Source: Eledone cirrhosa | Taxonomy: Eukaryota | Reading direction: 5' to 3' | NCBI GenBank assembly: GCA_964016885.1 | Contig: OZ024750.1 | Location: 28,210,001-28,274,000 of the forward strand | DNA length: 64,000 nt | Part shown: positions 56,986-64,000 of the stretch, one piece after another | How the letters are laid out: every line of letters starts with the position of its first letter | Position numbering within the stretch: the first letter of the stretch is position 1 | Translations under genes and position numbers: made by a program | The notes under the pieces: generated by a model | Database searches by the model: none | What the model was told of the DNA's origin: nothing | What the model saw: only the letters and a program-made list of their open reading frames with translations

Positions 56986-57469
56986 GTATGGATGTCACTT
57001 TCTCTCGATTTCTTTAAAAACTTATTTATTTATTTATTTATATATGCAGTTATATACACCATGAAATAGAGAGAACAGTATCTATTTCGAATAGGCCCAC
57101 CACCAGACACACAAACAAGAAAACCAATAGAAATAAAGCCTTTATTCTAACACTATCTTCTTTCTTACAAACTGAATGACGTAACTACCATGTTTCGTCT
57201 TTATAATCAAATTACAATAATTAATTTTACAACCATGACTGAACAGTTTCAGATAGGAAGACAGAGCAACAGAACAGCGATATCCAGGACCTGATTGAAC
57301 AGGTCTTACCTTGATCTTCTGTGGTTACCATGTTTACCATTGCACCTTTAGGGTTACAGGTAGACAGTCGAGAGAAGACGAAATACACCTGACTAAGTCG
57401 AAGATGCTCGAATGACCAGCGTAGTCCTCGACAAATCTTATCTGGTTCCAAATAAAAAAGGGGGTTAGT

Positions 57470-57833
57470 GTGGAATAAGCAGTGAGGTAGGGGTGAATAA
57501 ACAGTGGGGATTGGAAAATCGGAAATTTTTCAAAATTATCTCCTTTGATTTATATTAGTTTAAATATTGAGATCCCAACCCATCCTATTTATTTTATAAC
57601 GTATGAGATTTCTAGTAATGTATTTCTTTTTTTTCTCATGTATAATGTGTTTTTTTAATGATTAAAGAAAATTAATTATTCCAGGAATGTTGCTACTTAA
57701 AATAAAACTTCGCCGGAGATAGATTAGCAAAATTTAATAAGCGTTGGGGAAGGGGCGAAGTAAGAGGGGTGCTGGTAAAAATCTGAAAAATTAATATGCG
57801 GGGATGGGGTCGATTATTCGAAACCCGAGAGTA
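57470..57833. mobile_element. Possible DNA transposon terminus
   Basis: Recurrent aataagc/aataaac..gggg subterminal motifs ending cgattattcgaaacccgagag-TA; no partner end identified. Confidence 0.3.
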
Positions 57834-57880
57834 GGTGAAAATATGGTATAAATAGGGCACTCTTTATCTTGTCCGACTAG

Positions 57881-57922
<42 letters not shown>

Positions 57923-57972
57923 TATATATACACACACACAAACACACACATATATATGTGTGTGCGTGTGTA

Positions 57973-58029
57973 TCCTGATGATTTCCTTCGAATGAAACAG
58001 TTCAAGTCCTGTAGAAGCCATTTCTATAT

Positions 58030-58030
<1 letters not shown>
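57973..58030 (+). ncRNA. Family B hammerhead core with the stem I 5' strand truncated
   Basis: CUGAUGA-U-UUC(cuuc)GAA-U-GAAA-CAG(uucaaguc)CUG-UA-GAAGCC. Confidence 0.6.
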
Positions 58031-58079
<49 letters not shown>

Positions 58080-58148
58080 TATAAAGAAATTCGTTTTCAA
58101 ATATAAAAACTGGAAAGGTGTAGGTGAAAAAGATTATATATAAATATA

Positions 58149-58552
<404 letters not shown>

Positions 58553-58594
58553 GTATATATATATATATATATATATACATACATATATATACAC

Positions 58595-58633
<39 letters not shown>

Positions 58634-59031
58634 CATCATAGTACTGCTCCAAGAAGGGTAGTAATATTTTCATATATACAACAACACCTACATGAGTTTG
58701 TGCATATATAATTAGCTACAACAGTTTCACATCAAACTGCTATGGTAATAAGTAGGCTTAAAGATATTTACATACCTAACACATTCTCCATATTAAGAAA
58801 TTCCTTTTATGAAGAAAGTCTATTAATATAGTTTTGTCAATGACACGGTAATGTATGATCTATTTGAGGATAGAATAAGACTTCTAATGTATAAGTAAGT
58901 GAAGTGTGTTTATTATCAAATCTTAACACACCTACAAAAGCTATGCCCCTCTCCTAATCTTATTTACTCATGTAGTTATCTGGCAGAGAATTCCAATACG
59001 TTGCATTACATATCCACAACACACACACACT

Positions 59032-59079
<48 letters not shown>

Positions 59080-59148
59080 TATATATATATAGATATATAT
59101 ACACACACACATGTTTATATATATATAGATATATATATATACACACAC

Positions 59149-59193
<45 letters not shown>

Positions 59194-59464
59194 TATATAT
59201 ATAGAGATATATATACATACACACATGTTTATATATATATAGATATATATACACACACACACGTATATATATATATATACACACACACACACATATATAT
59301 AGATATAAATACACACACACACGTATATATATAGATATATATACACACACACACACATATATATAGATATATACACACACACATATATATAGATATATAT
59401 ATACACACACAGACACACATATATATATATAGATATATATAAACACACACACGTATATATATAG

Positions 59465-59535
<71 letters not shown>

Positions 59536-59586
59536 AAAAAGTATGACCCCGACGGCAGAGCTCAAGTCGTTTCGACGGCTATTTCT

Positions 59587-59638
<52 letters not shown>

Positions 59639-59944
59639 AACACACACACACACGTATATATATAGATAGATATATAGATATATATATACGCACACACACA
59701 CACGTATATATATATATAGAGATATATATATACACACATACACATATATATAGATATATACACACACATACACAAATATATATATGCACACACAGATGCA
59801 GACAGACATATGCACAAACGCACAAACGCACCCACGAATAAAATGTACATACAAACTTATTATACATGGACAGGCATACACAATTAAATTAACACACAGA
59901 TACATAAATATACGAATATGTATGTATGTATGTATATATGTATG

Positions 59945-60520
59945 GTAACATGTATCCCAGTACAACCTGTCCCATGGTCGGGTCGTTGGCGACTAATCTG
60001 GCAATCCCACCAAGGTTTCTTGGTGAGGAGTGTGACTTTGGACATCCTGGAGGACTAAAAACCAAACCTGTCAAAGGGCAAAGGAGCTCTTAAGAGTCAA
60101 TGGCCATCCAAAATCACCGGGACAGATGACCCCTTAGCCTTTGTCAAGGCAGAATTCTAGGAGAAGGAAAACTCTGATATAACACCTGCAACCCTGATGG
60201 TATCCAATGATGTTGACTTGTTCTTATTTTTGGTAAATATCATCTTGGTTAAGAGAGTGGGACTGGCTTTGTGCAGTGCCTTTGCCCACTATAAAAGCTT
60301 CACAGCACAGGCATTGCTTTATATCTGGAGATCTCTCTGCACTTGTCATCACATGGTACCATGGGCCCAGCACTATGTGTCAATAATTGTCACAAGTGTA
60401 GTGTTTGTACCAGAGTTTTCAAGTCGCTGGCTGGACTAAAAAGTCACACTCGTTCAGCGCATCGGTAGGGGTTCTCCTACATTGGATATAAAGTAGTGGC
60501 CGTACTCGAAAACGAGTTGG
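59945..60520 (+). mobile_element. Non-autonomous RTE-derived element
   Basis: RTE 5'-UTR-type motif CTAGGAGAAGGAAAACTCTGA at 60157-60177; second partial copy at 52895; no ORF. Confidence 0.6.
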
Positions 60521-60836
60521 TGGCCACCATGTATGTACGTATGCATGTATCTACGTACGAAGGTATGTATGTATATATACCCATGAATATATATATATAT
60601 AGTGGTGGAACACTGGAAGGTAATATCCGTAGTGGTAGAGCGCTCAGTCCATGGGACGAGTTAGGTTATATATATGTGTGTGTGTGTTTATCTATGTACG
60701 TATGTATGTATCTACGTACGTACGAATGTATGTATGTATATATGTACACATGAATATATATATGTATATATGTGTGTGTGCGTGTGTGTTTATCTATCTA
60801 TGTACGTATGTATGTATGTATGTATGTCTCTCTCTT

Positions 60837-60955
<119 letters not shown>

Positions 60956-61090
60956 CTCATGCACGCAAAAGTATACACATTTATTTACGTATATAGAAAC
61001 ACACGTAGGTGATTGCATACAGAGACACACATAAATATACACACACCCACTTACACAGAGAGAGACACAGACACACTCAGAAACACACAT

Positions 61091-61162
<72 letters not shown>

Positions 61163-61784
61163 ATAGATAATTAGATGGGTGGATATAGAGATACATACAT
61201 ACATACATACATACATACATACATACATACATACATACATACATACATACATACATACATACATACATACACATACACACATATACTAACAAAGAAGCGA
61301 AGAGATGAGCAAATTTGAATTTTGAAAGTATGTTATCATTTGTAAGCTGCTTCAACGTAGATTTAACTATAAAATAGTTGAAGAAGTTTGTTATATAAAC
61401 GTAAGGGGACTGGGACAAATGTCTAGGGCCGTGAGGCTCTGTACATCATTTGCAAACTCTCGTCGTTTAAATGCCCAAAATACACACATATGGAATATAT
61501 CATATGCCAATTTTCCTCCCTGGCATTTTTCAGGTGTTCAATCCACAGAACAGTCTGTATATTACATTAGTGTGATGTGGCTGAATATTCCACAATCACA
61601 TGAACCTTTAATGTAATTCTCATGACATTCAGCTTTGCAACAATGCTGGTCCTTCGAATTACAGGTACACAAGGCCAGACTTGCACCTGCTGAGGCCTAT
61701 TCGAAAGAAATCGGTTAAAATTTGTTTAATAGTAAAATTTGTTTAATTCATGGCTATTATTATTTTTACATTTACACACACACA

Positions 61785-61849
<65 letters not shown>

Positions 61850-62176
61850 GTGTGTGTATGTGTGTGTGTGTGTAATATATATATAGAAAGAGAGAGGATG
61901 TTTATGATAACGTAAGAGAAAGCAAGCTCACTAAACACCAACATCTTGTACATGTTATAAAGTCCTCTCCTTATATATATACAAGGTCCCTTTATTCTAT
62001 TACCTTTTCATTATCATTTTCCTTATATATCTATATATCTATATATATAGAGAGAGAGAGAGACATAGATAGATAGATAGATTTTCCTTATATATATATA
62101 AGGAATATATGTGTATGTATATATATATAATGTATCTATGTATAAAATATATCTATGTATATATATATATATATAT

Positions 62177-62408
62177 AATGTAAAAGATATTTGTAGAGAG
62201 AGAGTGTGTGTGAGAGAGAGAGAGAGAATTATATATCGTTTGAGGAAACAGTATTTTCTTCATATATATAATTGTTTCTACGTTAGGCACAAGGCCAGCA
62301 ATTTCCCAGTGTATTACTGGTACTTTATTTTATCGACCCCGTATATATAATGCAAATATTATTTGCATTATATATATAGAGAAAATACTGTTTCCTCAAA
62401 CGATATAT

Positions 62409-62484
<76 letters not shown>

Positions 62485-62504
62485 CTACAAATATCTTTTA
62501 CATT
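62177..62504. repeat. Foldback inverted duplication with a SINE fragment (62270-62342) in the left arm
   Basis: aatgtaaaagatatttgtagagag..gaattatatatcgtttgaggaaacagtattttct is mirrored around a central hairpin taatgcaaat-att-atttgcatta. Confidence 0.9.
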
Positions 62505-62632
62505 TGAATTATTGATGGTCTTACGTCCATTGAGCTTATTTATTGAGAAACATGATCATCATAAATATTAAATAAGTTTTGATAACTTAACATAGTATCT
62601 ATATATATCTGTATATCTATATCTATATATAA

Positions 62633-62693
<61 letters not shown>

Positions 62694-62863
62694 AAATTTG
62701 GTAGAAATATCCACGAGTTTAGTATAAATATTACAACAGTGACTTAAACAGGTACCTAAGATTCATTGGATTCTGGACCCCTAACTCATTCAGCCTGTCA
62801 TATATTTTGTTTATCCTAAATTTCTATATATATATATATAATTTATGATGATTTAGTATTAAA

Positions 62864-63251
62864 TAATTGTTTCTACTTTAGGCACAAGGCCAGCAATCAC
62901 CCAGTGCATTACTGGTACTTTATTTTATCGACCCCGTAAGGATGAAAGGCAAAGTCAACCTCGGCGGGATTTGAACTCAGATCGTAAAGGGACGTAACTA
63001 TGCTGGAAAGCATGGCGTCCGACCCTCTACTGATACTGCCAATCCACTGCTGGATTATTAATAAATAATTGTTTCTACTTTAGGCACAAGGCCAGCAAAT
63101 ACCCAGTGCATTACTGGTACTTTATTTTATCGACCCCGTAAGGATGAAAGGCAAAGTCAACCTCGGCGGAATTTGAACTCAGAATGGCAAGGGCCGTAAC
63201 TCTATGCGTCAAAGCATGGCGTCCGACTCTCTACCGATTACTCCCAATCCA
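62864..63251 (-). mobile_element. Two tandem SINE family 1 copies
   Basis: 62864-63050 and 63066-63251. Confidence 0.93.
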
Positions 63252-63494
63252 TTAAATAATAAAAACTAATGATAAAATGGAAATATATATTTTTTTTAAT
63301 GAGGCCCCCAAGGGTATGTGGCTCTAAGCTATAGATTTTTTAGCTCAGAGGTAAGTCCAGAACTGCAGGGACAGTTTAACTAAGAGGCTTTTAAGCAGTT
63401 TCCATTTACCCAGTTTTATTGACACTACGTGGGTTGACCCAAGGCTGATGCTACGTTGTGGGGTCGAATCCGGGACGTAAGAATTGGGATATGT

Positions 63495-63685
63495 ATGTGT
63501 ACATATATGTATGTGTGTATAGGTGTGTGGGATTGTTTGTGTACATATATGTATGTGTGTGTGTAGGTGTGTGGGATTGTTTGTGTACATATATGTATGT
63601 GTATGTGTAGGTGTGTGGGATTGTTTGTGTACATATATGTATGTGTGTGTGTAGGTGTGTGGGATTGTTTGTGTACATATATGCA
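63495..63685. repeat. 44-bp minisatellite, ~4 copies
   Basis: gattgtttgtgtac at 63531, 63575, 63619 and 63663. Confidence 0.92.
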
Positions 63686-63831
63686 TATATACGTGTATAT
63701 ATGCATATAAACATATATGTGTATGTGTTTGTGCGTGATTGTGCATGTGCATGTGCATGAGAGTGTTTGTTTATAAATATATATATAATCACATATATAC
63801 ATATAGTTATATGTCACACACACACACATAC

Positions 63832-63896
<65 letters not shown>

Positions 63897-64000
63897 CATA
63901 TATACATATAAGTATACGCACATATCACACACAGATTTGCACACACACACACACATGTATGCATACATTTGTTTGTATATATATATATATATATGTGTGT

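Noticed and set aside
57227-57451. Possible coding exon (MVNMVTTEDQG followed by GTAAG on the minus strand)
   Set aside because: No recognisable homology, short, and adjacent to a probable transposon end.

Overview
Eukaryotic, AT-rich, repeat-dominated DNA. The SINE families and dense (TA)n/(CA)n tracts suggest an octopod cephalopod; this is inference from memory of repeat sequences, not a search. I can support no intact protein-coding gene: almost every ORF in the track is a translated microsatellite. The window holds microsatellites, several minisatellites, an ~11.8 kb 35-bp satellite with higher-order structure, and more than 30 copies or fragments of two tRNA-derived SINE families. It also holds decayed RTE, R4/Dong-like and CRE-like non-LTR retrotransposon fragments, a Tc2/pogo-like MITE carrying a 55-bp array, an intron-bearing tRNA-Tyr pseudogene, and two promoter-like islands. 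The most striking signal is at least six unrelated families of short, often palindromic elements, mostly inserted in or beside (TA)n tracts. They carry type I hammerhead ribozyme cores (CUGANGA..GAAA..NUH), as expected for Penelope-like pseudo-LTRs or non-autonomous derivatives. Five copies fold by eye into complete hammerheads. A weaker HDV-like ribozyme candidate sits at the 5' end of an RTE-derived element. Coordinates were read by eye and ends of decayed elements are approximate.
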